Origin: Parcubacteria group bacterium GW2011_GWC1_45_13
GTDB lineage: Bacteria; Patescibacteriota; Minisyncoccia; UBA11713; 2-01-FULL-45-33
Reading direction: 5' to 3'
Length of the DNA stretch: 64,000 bases
NCBI GenBank assembly: GCA_001001285.1
Contig: LCKG01000003.1
Span: 27,746 to 91,745, forward strand
Shown here: positions 36,925-48,600 of the stretch, in pieces
How positions within the stretch are numbered: the first letter of the stretch is position 1
Layout of the letters: every line of letters begins with the position of its first letter
Notes under the pieces: model-generated
What the model was told of the DNA's origin: nothing
Database searches by the model: none
What the model saw: only the letters and a program-made list of their open reading frames with translations
Program-made: the position numbers and the translations under genes

Positions 36925-39900
36925 ATGAATAGAAAAATATCTTTAGCTTTAGTGAGCATGAGTACAGCTGTTTTGCTTTCGGGCGCAACCATTGCGATTC
37001 CGCTTGTAGCCAGCGCCGCGCTCACAGAAGCTCAAATTCAGTCCATCCTCTCGCTTTTGCAGTCGTTTAACACCGACCAAACAACTATCAACAATGTTAA
37101 TAGTTCTTTGCGCGGTCAGGCGACTTCCGGAAGCGCGGGAACATCCGCGGCTTGCACTTTCACTCGCGATCTTACGATGAGAGCACGAGGAGACGACGTA
37201 ACCTGCTTGCAAAACTACTTGATCTCAACCGGTCACTTCACTTTTGCCGACGGCGCTACAGGATACTTTGGGTCTGTAACCCAATCAGCCGTTTCTGCTT
37301 GGCAGGCGGCCAATGGAGTTTCTCCGACCGCAGGGTACTTCGGCTCAATTTCAAGAGCCAAGTATAACAGCATGGCTCCTTCCACTCCGGCGCCAGCGTC
37401 AACTCCAACTACTACGGGAGGCACGCCCGCCGCTGTACCGGCAGCCGCTGGAACATTAAGGGTTGAGGCCGGCGTTCAACCGAACGCAAGTCTTCTCCCG
37501 ATCAATTCCACCCGCGTTCCTTTCACCGTTGTTAAGTTCACGGCGCCGTCCGGAAACGATGTCACTGTAAACTCTTTGGTGGTGCAAAGAACCGGTCTGG
37601 CAAATGATGCCGCTCTATCCGGAATTGTCCTTTTGGATGAAACCGGCGCGCAGCTCGGCATCGCCAAGACTCTTAACTCTTCCCACCAAGCCACGCTTTC
37701 TGAACCTTTCGTCGTAAAAGCGGGCACGACCCGGACTATGACATTGGCAGGAAACGCCGAGACTGCCAACGGCAGTTTGGCCGGACAGGTAGTGTACATT
37801 TCCCTGGTCACGGTTAATTCCTCCGCGGCTACTGTTGACGGTGTTTTGCCGATTTCGGGAGCCGGACACACGGTTAACGAATCTTTGACCATTGGTTCGG
37901 TTACCTTGCAGAGAGGTTCTCTTGACCCGGGATCTTCGGTTACCAAAAAAGTCGGCGAAACGGATTACACTTTTTCTTCGGTTAAAGTAACCTCCGGTTC
38001 AGCCGAAAAAATTTACTTGAGATTCATTAGATGGAACCAAACTGGTTCTATCGGCACGGCAGACTTAGCCAACGTAAAAACTTACGTTGACGGCGTAGCT
38101 TACGACACGGTTGTAAGCTCCGATGGCAAGTACTTCACGGCCACCTTTTCCGACAACGGAGGAAAAGGTATTCTGATAGACAAAGGATTCTCCAAAGAAA
38201 TGTCTATCAAGGGCGACATTGTCGGAGGTTCAGGCAGAACCATAGACTTTGACCTTGCCAAACGGACCGACATCGGTTTGCTGGGAGAAAACTACGGCTA
38301 CGGAATAACTCCTCCGCAGACCGGAGCAACTGACCCGACTGACGACACAGCTGCGTTCAGTTCTACAGAAGACCCGTGGTATGATGCCGCGCAGGTCACT
38401 GTTTCCAACGGTTCAATCACGGTATCTGGAGCTACTTCAATCCCTGCTCAAAACATCGCCATCAACCTGGCAAATCAGCCCATGGGAGGATTTACGATTG
38501 AAGTGAAGGGCGAACAGATTTCGGTTGGCAAAATGATCTTCTACTTTATGGCTACTTCTACTTCCGGCACCGGCAGTACCGGCGTTGCGGGGACTGCTAT
38601 CACGAATATTTCCTTGTATGACGCTAATGGCGCGGTTGTGGCAGGTCCGGCGGATGGAGTCGTTGTTAAAAACGGCCATGGAAAAGTGACATTCACCGAT
38701 ACGGTTACTTTCCCAATCGGCACGGCCGTCTACCAATTGAAAGGCAAGCTCTCCACCACTTTCGTGAACAACAACACGGTGCAGGCTTCCACCACGCCCA
38801 GCGTTGACTGGACGACGGTTAAGGGGCTTACCACCGGAAACAGTATTACCGGTTCTACCGCTGTTGTAACGGCCAACCAGATGACCGTGAAAGCCGGCGC
38901 GCTTACTGTTAGCGTTTCCTCTGTCCCGATTGCCCAGACGGTAATCGCGGGAGTCCAGCAATTCCTCTTTGCCAATTACATTTTGGACGGCACGGGCTCG
39001 GGTGAGGACTTGCGGCTTACCAATATTCCGATTGCCTACGATTTCTCCACCGGCGGAGCCGCCGCGGATGTGACCAACTGTAAGCTTTATGACGGAACGA
39101 CCGTTGTAAACACTACAGGTGTCAATCCAACGTTAGCCGCGTCTTCCACCAGCTTCACCTTTACCGGCAACGGATTAATCATTGCCAAGGGCACATCAAA
39201 AACCTTAGCTCTCAAATGCGATTTGATCGCGGGAGCCGCTTCTGCCAGCAGATACGCTTGGGGCTTAGGTGGCGCTGACGCCGACAACGCCGCTCATTCC
39301 AACGACTGGACCGGCGTTACCGGATTAACTTCGGGACAAACCATTGCTCAAACCGCTAACGACTCAACCGGTCAGTATATGACAGCCGCTACCGGAGGTT
39401 CGATCGCCGCGGTTCTTGACACCAACAGTCCTTCCTACAAGATTGTGGGAGCCGGGCAGACGGGAGTTGAACTTGCCAAAATCAAGTTCAGCGCTACCAA
39501 TGAAGACATTGACCTTAAACAATTAGCTCTGCTTGTTAGCAGCAATGCTTCCAACACGCCGGTTAACTTGGTAGGCAGGCAGGTGACTTTGTGGGACGGC
39601 GCGAGCCAAATCGGAACGGCTATCTTCCCAGACGGAGACAACGCCACTTCCAGCCAAATCGCCGTGGGCTCGTTCAGAATTCCAAGAGACGGAGCTAGAG
39701 TGCTGACCATTAAAGGAGACATTGCGGCAATCACCACCTCCGGCCCTATGGTCCAATCTGGCGATTTGCTCATTGTTGACTACGATGGAGCCAACACAGG
39801 TCTCAACGGCAACTACGGCACTGGAGTCGCTTCTGGCAGTACGGTTCCCGAGCGTGACTTACCAGAGCATTCCGACTACCATTTTGCCGGCTGGAACAAC

Positions 39901-40531
39901 CGCTAACGTTAAGCTGTATAGATACAGCGTGACTGCCAATAACGGCGACGTGGCTCTATTTAAGCAAAGCTTCGTTATCGGATCTTCCACCTTATTGGCT
40001 ACAACTTCGCTCTTCGGCTTGTATGCTTACACAGACGCGGGTTACAGCAGCGTTGACACAGCCTTTTCTTCAACTGGATTGATTAACGCAGGCACTTGTA
40101 TCAATGGAGCAGGCCCAGTTGACGGCAATTCCGGCGCGACCAGCACCATAAACGTTGATATCTACCCGGCCAAGACTACCTGTAGCAGTGCTACTACGAC
40201 CTATATAATTTCCAGCGGCGTGACCAGATACTTTGAATTGCGGGCAACCGTGTCCAATGTATCCGCGGTTTCCACCAGCAAGGATTCCATCTCAGCCTAC
40301 CTGGATGGAGACGCCGCTTTCCCAACGGTCGTTCCTGGTTCAGGCGGACTTTTGGGCAGCTCTATGGCTAACGCGACTCAAGTGAACACCGATGCCAACA
40401 GAGATTTCATCTGGTCGCCAGTATCATCCACAACGCAAAACACCATCTTTGACCAGGACTTCACCAATGGTTACCAGATTGTAGGATTGCCTTCCATCGG
40501 TACGCAGACAGTGACTCTGCAGTCCGACTAA
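36925..40531 (+). CDS. large S-layer-like surface protein with peptidoglycan-binding domain, frameshifted near 39845
   Basis: Signal peptide, FTRDL...DVTCLQ..TGYFG..T..AV..WQ domain, Thr/Ser/Gly-rich beta domains; same composition continues in a second frame to 40531. Confidence 0.8.
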
Positions 40532-40564
40532 AGTTTGCTTGGCTTGTGAACTAGCGAACTTTTT

Positions 40565-40598
40565 CCAAAAAGCCCCCTTTACGGGGGCTTTTGGTTTT
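40565..40598 (+). terminator. intrinsic terminator
   Basis: AAAAGCCCCC-TTTAC-GGGGGCTTTT. Confidence 0.8.
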
Positions 40599-40613
40599 GA
40601 TATTATATAATTT

Positions 40614-41288
40614 ATGTCTAGAAATAATACGATAGCGGTTATAATTTTTGCGGTTTTAGCGGCTGGTGCGGCGGGTTTTTTAACATTTCGCTCCTCAACA
40701 TCCGATGTTAAATCCCAAAAAACATCGGATGTTTTCCCGCGAAATATGGAGGAGGGCAATTCAATCTCTGATGGGATTAAACCCCCGGCTCCGGCTCCGC
40801 AAAATGACGAACTCAATGCTCTTAAAACCGCTGCGCTAGAAAGAAAAATCCCCACGGGGAACGAGGCGGCAACAAAAGAATTAAAAGATTTATCTTCGCA
40901 ATTAAAAAGCGAACCGAATTATATTCAAGGCTGGCTCCAGCTCGGAATCTTAAGAAAATATTTGGGCGATTACGAAGGGGCCAGTTTGGCTTGGCAATAT
41001 GCAACATTTTTGCGCCCGCAAGACTATATCGCTTTTTCCAATCTAGGAGACCTCTATCATTATTATCTGCGTGATTTTCCCAAAGCGGAAAGATACTTGC
41101 GAAAAGCCGTGGATGTGAAGCCCGATTATGTCGCGGGATATAAAAATCTCTTTGACCTTTACATGCTTTCTTACAAAGAAAAGGAAAATTTAGCCGAGCC
41201 CGTTTTACTCGAAGGCATCAAAAAAAATCCTGATGACCATTACCTAGAAACTATTTTAGTTTCTTATAAAAATGATAATCAACGCTAG
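40614..41288 (+). CDS. membrane-anchored TPR protein
   Basis: N-terminal TM; AFSNLGDLY..Y..DFPKAE TPR motifs. Confidence 0.8.
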   Translation: MSRNNTIAVIIFAVLAAGAAGFLTFRSSTSDVKSQKTSDVFPRNMEEGNSISDGIKPPAPAPQNDELNALKTAALERKIPTGNEAATKELKDLSSQLKSEPNYIQGWLQLGILRKYLGDYEGASLAWQYATFLRPQDYIAFSNLGDLYHYYLRDFPKAERYLRKAVDVKPDYVAGYKNLFDLYMLSYKEKENLAEPVLLEGIKKNPDDHYLETILVSYKNDNQR

Positions 41289-42132
41289 AAAAATCAGCTA
41301 TATTTTTTCCGGAGTGTTGGTGGCCTCAAGTTTTTTGGTTTTGGGTGTTTGGGGGTTGAAACTGGGCATTGATTTTACCGGTGGGACTTTGATGGAAGTT
41401 GAATTTAAAGATTCGCGCCCAGATATAAATTTGCCTGATGTAACTATCCAGACAGCCGGGGAAGGGGGACTGATTTTGCGAATGCCAGCTATTGATGAGG
41501 CAAAACACCAAACAATACTCGCCGAGCTGCGCAAATATGGCGAACTGGAAGAAAAACAATTTACTTCAATTGGGCCGACAATCGGCGCGGAGCTTAAAAA
41601 GAATTCCATTTATGCCATCGTTTTGGTAATGATAATGATCGCGCTTTATATCGCCTGGGCTTTTCGGGAGGTTTCCAGGCCGGTGCAATCTTGGAAATAC
41701 GGCGTGGCGGCGTTGATTGCTTTGATCCACGATGTTTCCATCCCCGCTGGATTTTTCGCACTCTTGGGGTATTTTTACGGCGTGGCGGTAGACACGCTTT
41801 TTGTGACGGCGCTTCTTACGATTTTGGGATTTTCCGTGCACGATACAATTGTGGTTTTTGATCGCATCCGGGAGAATTTAAAAAAATTAGGAGCCAAAGA
41901 AAATTTTGAGAATGTTGTTGAGCAAAGCTTGCGCCAGACCATCGGCCGGTCAATCAATACCTCTCTTACTGTGATGATAGTGATGCTGGCGCTTTACTTT
42001 TTGGGCGGGCTCTCCACTAAATTTTTCGCCCTTACCATTTTGATAGGCGTCTTCTTCGGCACATATTCCTCCATCTTCATCGCCAGTTTTCTCTTGGTCA
42101 CATGGCACAAGTGGGGCTTAAAGAGGGCTTGA
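41272..42132 (+). CDS. secF: protein translocase subunit SecF
   Basis: LGIDFTGG, IGPTIG.EL, HDTIVVFDRIRE, RSINTS, GTYSSIFIA. Confidence 0.95.
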   Translation: MIINARKISYIFSGVLVASSFLVLGVWGLKLGIDFTGGTLMEVEFKDSRPDINLPDVTIQTAGEGGLILRMPAIDEAKHQTILAELRKYGELEEKQFTSIGPTIGAELKKNSIYAIVLVMIMIALYIAWAFREVSRPVQSWKYGVAALIALIHDVSIPAGFFALLGYFYGVAVDTLFVTALLTILGFSVHDTIVVFDRIRENLKKLGAKENFENVVEQSLRQTIGRSINTSLTVMIVMLALYFLGGLSTKFFALTILIGVFFGTYSSIFIASFLLVTWHKWGLKRA

Positions 42133-42177
42133 CTTATTTTGGGGGTCTGATAGAATAGGATTTATTGTCGATGGAGG

Positions 42178-42220
42178 CTCCGACGCTGCGGTCGGAGAGC
42201 CGACCCCAAGGGCGTCGGCT
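42178..42220. repeat. CCGAC/GTCGG double-hairpin element (intergenic copy)
   Basis: CTCCGAC-GCTGCG-GTCGGAG followed by AGCCGAC-CCCAAGGGC-GTCGGCT. Confidence 0.8.
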
Positions 42221-42267
42221 TTATCCACAAGGGGTCTTATTGACATTTTTTAATGGCGAGATAAAAT
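42221..42267 (+). promoter_or_regulatory. DnaA box and sigma70-type promoter of rpoBC
   Basis: TTATCCACA at 42221; TTGACA (42240)-16-TAAAAT (42262). Confidence 0.65.
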
Positions 42268-42381
42268 AGTCACTATCGTTTTGAATACTAAAGCTGGCAC
42301 CTAAAGATAGTGTTTTTCAGTCCTCGTAAGCAATCATAAAGAGGGCTATTTTGGTTTATTCTTAAAGTAATTTAAGCTAAA

Positions 42382-45300
42382 ATGCCGATACAAAAAAAAT
42401 ATTTCTCCCGTTACCGGGAACCCTTGGCGAGCTTGCCCAATCTGGCTGAAATGCAGTTAAAATCCTTTGAATGGTTGGCAAAGGAAGGAATCGGCGAAAT
42501 CCTGAAAGAATTTTCTCCCGTGCTGGATTACACCGGCGAGGAGCTCGCTTTGGAATTTTTGGATTATTCTTTGGACGAACCGAAATTTGATGAAAATTAT
42601 TCTAGGGTAAACAATCTTTCCTACGAAGCTTCTTTAAGGCTTCGCATTCGTTTGGTCAACAAACGCACCGGTGAAAAAAAAGAGCAGGAAATCTTTTTGG
42701 CGGATATGCCCATTATGACCCCCCGCGGAACTTTTCTTATAAACGGCGTGGAGCGAGTGATTGTCTCGCAGCTCGCGCGTTCCTTCGGCGCGTATTTTAC
42801 GGCCAATATTTCGCGTGGGAAAAAACTTTTCGGCGCCAAGATAATTCCTTCCCGCGGGGCCTGGCTGGAATTTGAAACGGAGTCGGACGGAACAATGTAC
42901 GTAAAAGTAGACCGCAAAAGAAAAATCGCGGCGACTGCGTTGCTTCGTATTTTCGGTATGGAAAAGAACGAAGAGATTAAAGATGCTTTTTCCAAAGTAG
43001 ACAACGGCGAAGTTTCTTTCATAAACCAAACACTGGAAAAAGATTCCACCAAAACAGCCGACGATGCTTACGTGGAAGTTTTCAAAAGAATAAGGCAAGG
43101 GGAGCTGGCCACTCCGGAAAACGCCAGAGAACTGGTGGAGCTGATGTTCGGCCCAGAAAGATACGATATTTCCGCTGTGGGCAGATATAAGCTCGGCCAG
43201 AGGCTTCCGGCTCTGGCTTCCATGAAAGTAAAAAATCCGCGTATTTTAAATAAGGAAGATATGATCGTCGTAATTTCGGAAATAATTTCTTTAAATAATA
43301 ATCCGCTGGCTGTCCAGGACGATATTGATAATTTGGGCAACCGCAGGGTACGCTCGGTGGGAGAGATGCTTCAGCAAAGATTGCGCATCGGGCTCGCGCG
43401 CATGGAGCGTACCATTAAGGACCGCATGTCCACTTCCGATTTGGCCACGGTAACCCCGGCTCAACTTTTAAACGCGCGCCCATTTGCCGCGGTAATTTCC
43501 GAATTTTTCATGACCAACCAGCTTTCCCAATTTATGGATCAGACCAATGTTTTATCCGAATTGGAACATAAGCGCAGGGTTTCAGCTTTGGGCCCGGGGG
43601 GACTTACTCGCGAAAGATCCGGTTTTGAGGTGCGCGATGTTCATCCCTCTTACTACGGCCGGCTTTGCCCGATTATGACTCCTGAAGGCCCAAATATCGG
43701 TTTGATAAATTATTTGGCGGGATACGCAAAAATTAATGAATATGGAATTTTGGAAACTCCTTACAGAAAAGTTGTTGATGGGCGCGTGTCTAAAGAGCTT
43801 CATTATCTTACGGCTTTTGAAGAGGTTAGGCATAAAATCGCTCAAGCCGGAGTTTCCATTGATAAAGAAGGCAATATTTTGGATGAGGAATGCGAAGGAC
43901 GCGCGAGCGGCCAGCCGGCGCTAATTCCGCGTGGCGAGATTAATTACATGGATGTTTCTCCACAGCAGGCTTTTTCCGTCGCGACTTCTTTGGTGCCGTT
44001 TTTAGAGCATGACGATTCAACCCGCGCCATGATGGGTTCCAACATGCAGCGCCAAGCTGTGCCTTGCGTCCGGCCGCAGGCGCCGTTGGTTGCCACCGGC
44101 ATGGAGGAAAAAGCAGCCAAGGATTCTGGCAGGCTTGTTTTAGCCGATGTGGATGGAATCGTAAGCAAGGTTGACGCTAATTCCGTAACGATACGTTATG
44201 AGAAACCCCGACGTAAAGTCGGGGCTCCGACCAAAGCGTCGGAGGAAAAAACTTACGAATTAATGACATTCGTCCGTTCCAACCAGTCTACTGTAATCCA
44301 TCAGCGTCCTTCAGTGAAAGTCGGTGACAAAGTAGAGAAGGGAGATGTTTTAGCTGATACCTCGCTGACCGACCGGGGACATTTGGCTTTGGGGCAAAAT
44401 TTGCTGGTAGCTTTTCTTTCATGGGGCGGAGCTAATTTTGAAGACGCCATCATACTTTCAGACCGCATGGTGAAAGACGATGTTTTTACTTCAGTTTTGA
44501 TAGAGGATTACACGGTGTCTGTGCGGGACACCAAGCTGGGCCCGGAAATTACCACGCATGATATTCCCAATGTGGGAGAAGAAAGGCTCAAAGATTTGGA
44601 TGAAGATGGAATTGTAAGAATTGGCGCCGAAGTCAGGCCCGGCGATATTTTGGTCGGGAAAATTTCTCCGAAAGGTGAGTCGGATCTCACTCCAGAGGAA
44701 AGACTGCTCCGCGCCATTTTCGGAGAGAAAGCTAGAGATGTCAAAGATACTTCTTTCAGAATGCCGCACGGCAGAAAAGGCCGCGTGGTCGGCATCAAAA
44801 TTTTTTCTCGCGAAAAAGGAGATAAATTGGAAACAGGAGTGATTAAGGAAATCCGAATTGAAGTGGCCGAGATGAGGAAAGTTTCTCCGGGCGACAAATT
44901 GGCCGGCAGGCATGGAAATAAAGGCGTTATCTCGCGCATTCTGCCGCAGGAAGATATGCCGTATTTGGATGACGGCACGCCGGTGGATATAATTTTAAAT
45001 CCTTTGGGCGTGGCATCACGCATGAATATCGGGCAAATTTTGGAAACACACTTGGGCTGGGCCGCCCAGAAGTTGGGCTATATGGCCATAACCCCGACCT
45101 TGGCGGGAGCTACCGAAACCGAAATAAAAGAAGAATTGAAAAAAGCCGGATTACCGGAAGATGGTAAAATAAAACTTTTTGACGGGCGAACCGGCAGGGA
45201 ATTTGACCAAAAAGTGACTGTCGGCATGATTTATGTGATGAAGCTTTCCCATATGGTGGAGGACAAAATCCATATGCGTTCCATCGGTCCTTATTCGCTT

Positions 45301-45657
45301 ATAACCCAGCAGCCCTTGGGTGGAAAAGCGCAGGGCGGAGGGCAGCGTTTTGGAGAAATGGAAGTTTGGGCGCTGGAAGGTTACGGCGCAGCGCACACTT
45401 TGCAGGAAGTGTTGACCATTAAATCGGACGATGTTTTAGGCCGTGCCGCGGCTTACGACGCCATTGTCCGCGGGGAACCTTTTAGGGCTCCCAATATGCC
45501 GGCGTCTTTTCATGTTTTAGTAAATGAATTAAAAGGTCTTTCTCTGGATGTTGAGCTTAAAGGCGTGGAAAGTGTGCCTGAAGAAATAGAAGAAAAAGAA
45601 ATTAAAACCAAAAGCCGCCAAAAAGAGCGCTTTGAAGAATATATTGAAGCGGAATAA
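42382..45657 (+). CDS. rpoB: RNA polymerase beta subunit
   Basis: INGVERVIVSQL, TPEGPNIGL, GDKLAGRHGNKG, GGQRFGEMEVWAL. Confidence 0.99.
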   Translation: MPIQKKYFSRYREPLASLPNLAEMQLKSFEWLAKEGIGEILKEFSPVLDYTGEELALEFLDYSLDEPKFDENYSRVNNLSYEASLRLRIRLVNKRTGEKKEQEIFLADMPIMTPRGTFLINGVERVIVSQLARSFGAYFTANISRGKKLFGAKIIPSRGAWLEFETESDGTMYVKVDRKRKIAATALLRIFGMEKNEEIKDAFSKVDNGEVSFINQTLEKDSTKTADDAYVEVFKRIRQGELATPENARELVELMFGPERYDISAVGRYKLGQRLPALASMKVKNPRILNKEDMIVVISEIISLNNNPLAVQDDIDNLGNRRVRSVGEMLQQRLRIGLARMERTIKDRMSTSDLATVTPAQLLNARPFAAVISEFFMTNQLSQFMDQTNVLSELEHKRRVSALGPGGLTRERSGFEVRDVHPSYYGRLCPIMTPEGPNIGLINYLAGYAKINEYGILETPYRKVVDGRVSKELHYLTAFEEVRHKIAQAGVSIDKEGNILDEECEGRASGQPALIPRGEINYMDVSPQQAFSVATSLVPFLEHDDSTRAMMGSNMQRQAVPCVRPQAPLVATGMEEKAAKDSGRLVLADVDGIVSKVDANSVTIRYEKPRRKVGAPTKASEEKTYELMTFVRSNQSTVIHQRPSVKVGDKVEKGDVLADTSLTDRGHLALGQNLLVAFLSWGGANFEDAIILSDRMVKDDVFTSVLIEDYTVSVRDTKLGPEITTHDIPNVGEERLKDLDEDGIVRIGAEVRPGDILVGKISPKGESDLTPEERLLRAIFGEKARDVKDTSFRMPHGRKGRVVGIKIFSREKGDKLETGVIKEIRIEVAEMRKVSPGDKLAGRHGNKGVISRILPQEDMPYLDDGTPVDIILNPLGVASRMNIGQILETHLGWAAQKLGYMAITPTLAGATETEIKEELKKAGLPEDGKIKLFDGRTGREFDQKVTVGMIYVMKLSHMVEDKIHMRSIGPYSLITQQPLGGKAQGGGQRFGEMEVWALEGYGAAHTLQEVLTIKSDDVLGRAAAYDAIVRGEPFRAPNMPASFHVLVNELKGLSLDVELKGVESVPEEIEEKEIKTKSRQKERFEEYIEAE
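44206..44244. repeat. 39-bp double-hairpin element in frame in rpoB
   Basis: CCCCGACGTAAAGTCGGGG-CTCCGACCAAAGCGTCGGAG = PRRKVGAPTKASE. Confidence 0.88.
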
Positions 45658-45663
45658 ATAGAT

Positions 45664-48600
45664 ATGGAAACCCAAAAAATAACTGATTTTAAATCTTTAT
45701 CGATTCGCTTGGCATCCCGCGAGAGAATTTTAAATTGGTCCCGAGGCGAGGTGACCAAGCCCGAGACAATCAATTACCGCACGCAGAGGCCGGAAAAAGA
45801 TGGGCTTTTTGACGAACGCATTTTCGGTCCGGAAAAAGATTACGAATGTTATTGCGGAAAATATAAGCGCGTGAGATACAAGGGAATTATTTGCGACAAA
45901 TGCGGAGTGGAGGTGACCCGTTCCATCGTGCGCCGGGAAAGAATGGGGCATATTGAGCTGGCTTCGCCGGTTTCGCACATTTGGTTTTTGCGCGGCGTGC
46001 CTTCCCGCATCGGGCTTATTTTGGATATGTCGGTTCCGGATTTGGAAAAAGTAATTTACTTCGGCGGATATGTTGTTACCAAGGTTGATGAAAAAGCCAG
46101 AAAAGAAGTCGTGGACGCGGTGGAAAAAGAATACAAATCAAAATCCAAAACCAATTCTGCGGCCGAGAAAGAAGCTCTTAAAAACATTTACGACAGCACG
46201 CTTGCCGAGATAAAAAATTTAAAAGAAAGAGCGGTAATTTCAGAAGTGGAATACCACCGTTTCAGCCTGAAATACGCGCAAGTTTTTGAAGCCGGTATCG
46301 GGGCGGAAGCGCTGAAAAAACTTTGTTCCCAGCTTAATCTCAACCAGATTTCCGGAGGGCTCGCCAAGGATATGGAAGAGGCTTCGCCTTTGCAAAAAAA
46401 GAAAATTTTAAGAAGGTTGCGCTTGATTCAATCTCTAATTCGCTCCGGCGTGCGCCCGGATTGGATGTTCCTTACAGCGATTCCCATAATCCCGCCGGCT
46501 TTGCGCCCGATGGTGCAATTGGAAGGCGGACGGCACGCGACTTCCGACATCAACGATCTTTACCGCCGGGTGATCAACCGCAACAACCGCCTGAAAAAAC
46601 TTTTGGAAATCAAAGCGCCGGAAGTTATCGTAAGAAACGAAAAAAGAATGCTTCAAGAATCCGTGGACGCTTTGATTGATAATTCCATAAAACGCACCCA
46701 AGGCCCCGCGGCCACTTCCCAAGCTCAAAAAAGGCCTTTGAGATCTTTAGCCGATATGTTGAAAGGCAAGCAAGGCAGGTTCAGGCAGAATCTTTTGGGC
46801 AAGCGCGTGGATTATTCCGGCAGGTCAGTGATAGTGGTAGGTCCGGAATTAAAACTTCATCAATGCGGTCTCCCGAAGCATATGGCTCTGGAACTTTTCA
46901 GGCCGTTTGTCATCCATGATTTAATCGCCCGCGACTTGGCACATACCATCAAAGGCGCTGGACGCTTGATAGATGATTTAAAACAAGAAGTTTGGGAAAG
47001 CCTGGAAAATGTCATTAAAGATAAATACGTGCTTTTGAATCGCGCACCGACTCTGCACCGCTTAGGCATCCAGGCTTTTCAGCCGATACTTATTGAAGGC
47101 AACGCTATTCAACTTCATCCTTTGGTTTGCTCGGCTTTCAATGCCGACTTTGACGGCGACCAGATGGCTGTACATGTGCCTTTAACCGATGAAGCTCAAA
47201 AAGAAGCCAGGAGTATCATGGCCTCCGTCAAAAATCTTTTAAAACCGGGAAATGGCGAGCCAGTGATAACTCCAACTCAAGACATCGTTATGGGCATCGC
47301 CTATCTTACGAGGATTCGCCCTGTGGCGAAAGGGGAAGGAAAATATTTTGCCAGTCCCAACGAAGCCATTTTGGCTTACGACTACGGCTGGGTTGATATT
47401 CATTCAAAACTTTTCGTAAAAATAACCAAAACTCCAAAGTACCAGCAGGTCGGCCGTGAAATTTTAGAGACCTCCGTGGGGCGGCTACTTTTTAACAGTG
47501 TTTTGCCCCGCGATTACGCGTTCTTAAATAAAGAGATGACTAAAAAAGATTTGGAGCGTCTGGTTTCAAATTTAATCCAGAGATACGGCATTGACGCTAC
47601 CCCAATGATTTTAGACCGCATCAAAAGTTTAGGTTTCAGGCATGCCACCGATTCCGGAATCAGCTGGGGGATGGACGATATTCAGGTACCTGAAGAAAAA
47701 AAATCTTTAATAGAAAAAGCCAAAGAAGAAGCGCGCGTCATAGAAAATCAATACAATCAAGGGCTTTTAACCGATCGGGAGCGCTCCGAAAAAATCATTG
47801 AGGCATGGACTAATGTAAAAACCAAGGTTGATGCGCTGGCGCCGTCTGCGCTGGACCCTTTCGGTCCGATTCATTATATGGTTTCTTCGGGCGCTCGCGG
47901 CAACTGGGCGCAGATTAACCAATTGGCTTCTATGAAAGGACTCGTGGTAAATCCTTCCGGCCGCACAATTGAGCTTCCCATTTTGGCAAGTTACAAAGAA
48001 GGTCTGGCCGTGCTGGAATATTTTATCTCTACCCATGCTTCCCGAAAAGGAACAGCGGACACTGCGCTTAAAACTGCAGCCGCCGGATATTTGACGCGTC
48101 GCTTGGTGGACGTGGTGCAGGACGTCATAGTCAGCGAGCCGGATTGCAAAGACGAAGCCGGTTTTGAAGTGTATAAAAAAGATTTCGATAAGCTCGGAAA
48201 AAATTTCGCTTCGCGCGTTTTCGGTCGCGTTTTGGCGATGGATATTTTAGACCCATCATTGGGAAAACCGCTTTTCAAAAAAGGGCATCTTTTATCTATG
48301 GATGACGCTGAGCGCGTCGCTTCGCTGAATATTTCCACGGTAACACTGCGCTCGCCGATTTCTTGCAGGTCCCGCCGGGGAATTTGCCAACTTTGCTATG
48401 GATACGACCTCGGCTCCAACACTCCGGTAAAATTGGGCGAAGCGGTGGGTATTGTTGCGGCGCAAGCAGTTGGCGAGCCGGGCACGCAGCTGACCATGCG
48501 AACTTTCCATGTGGGAGGCATCGCCGGAGCTGCCGACATTACAATGGGTCTTCCGCGAGTTGAGGAAATTTTTGAACTGCGCACACCAAAAACTCCGGCT

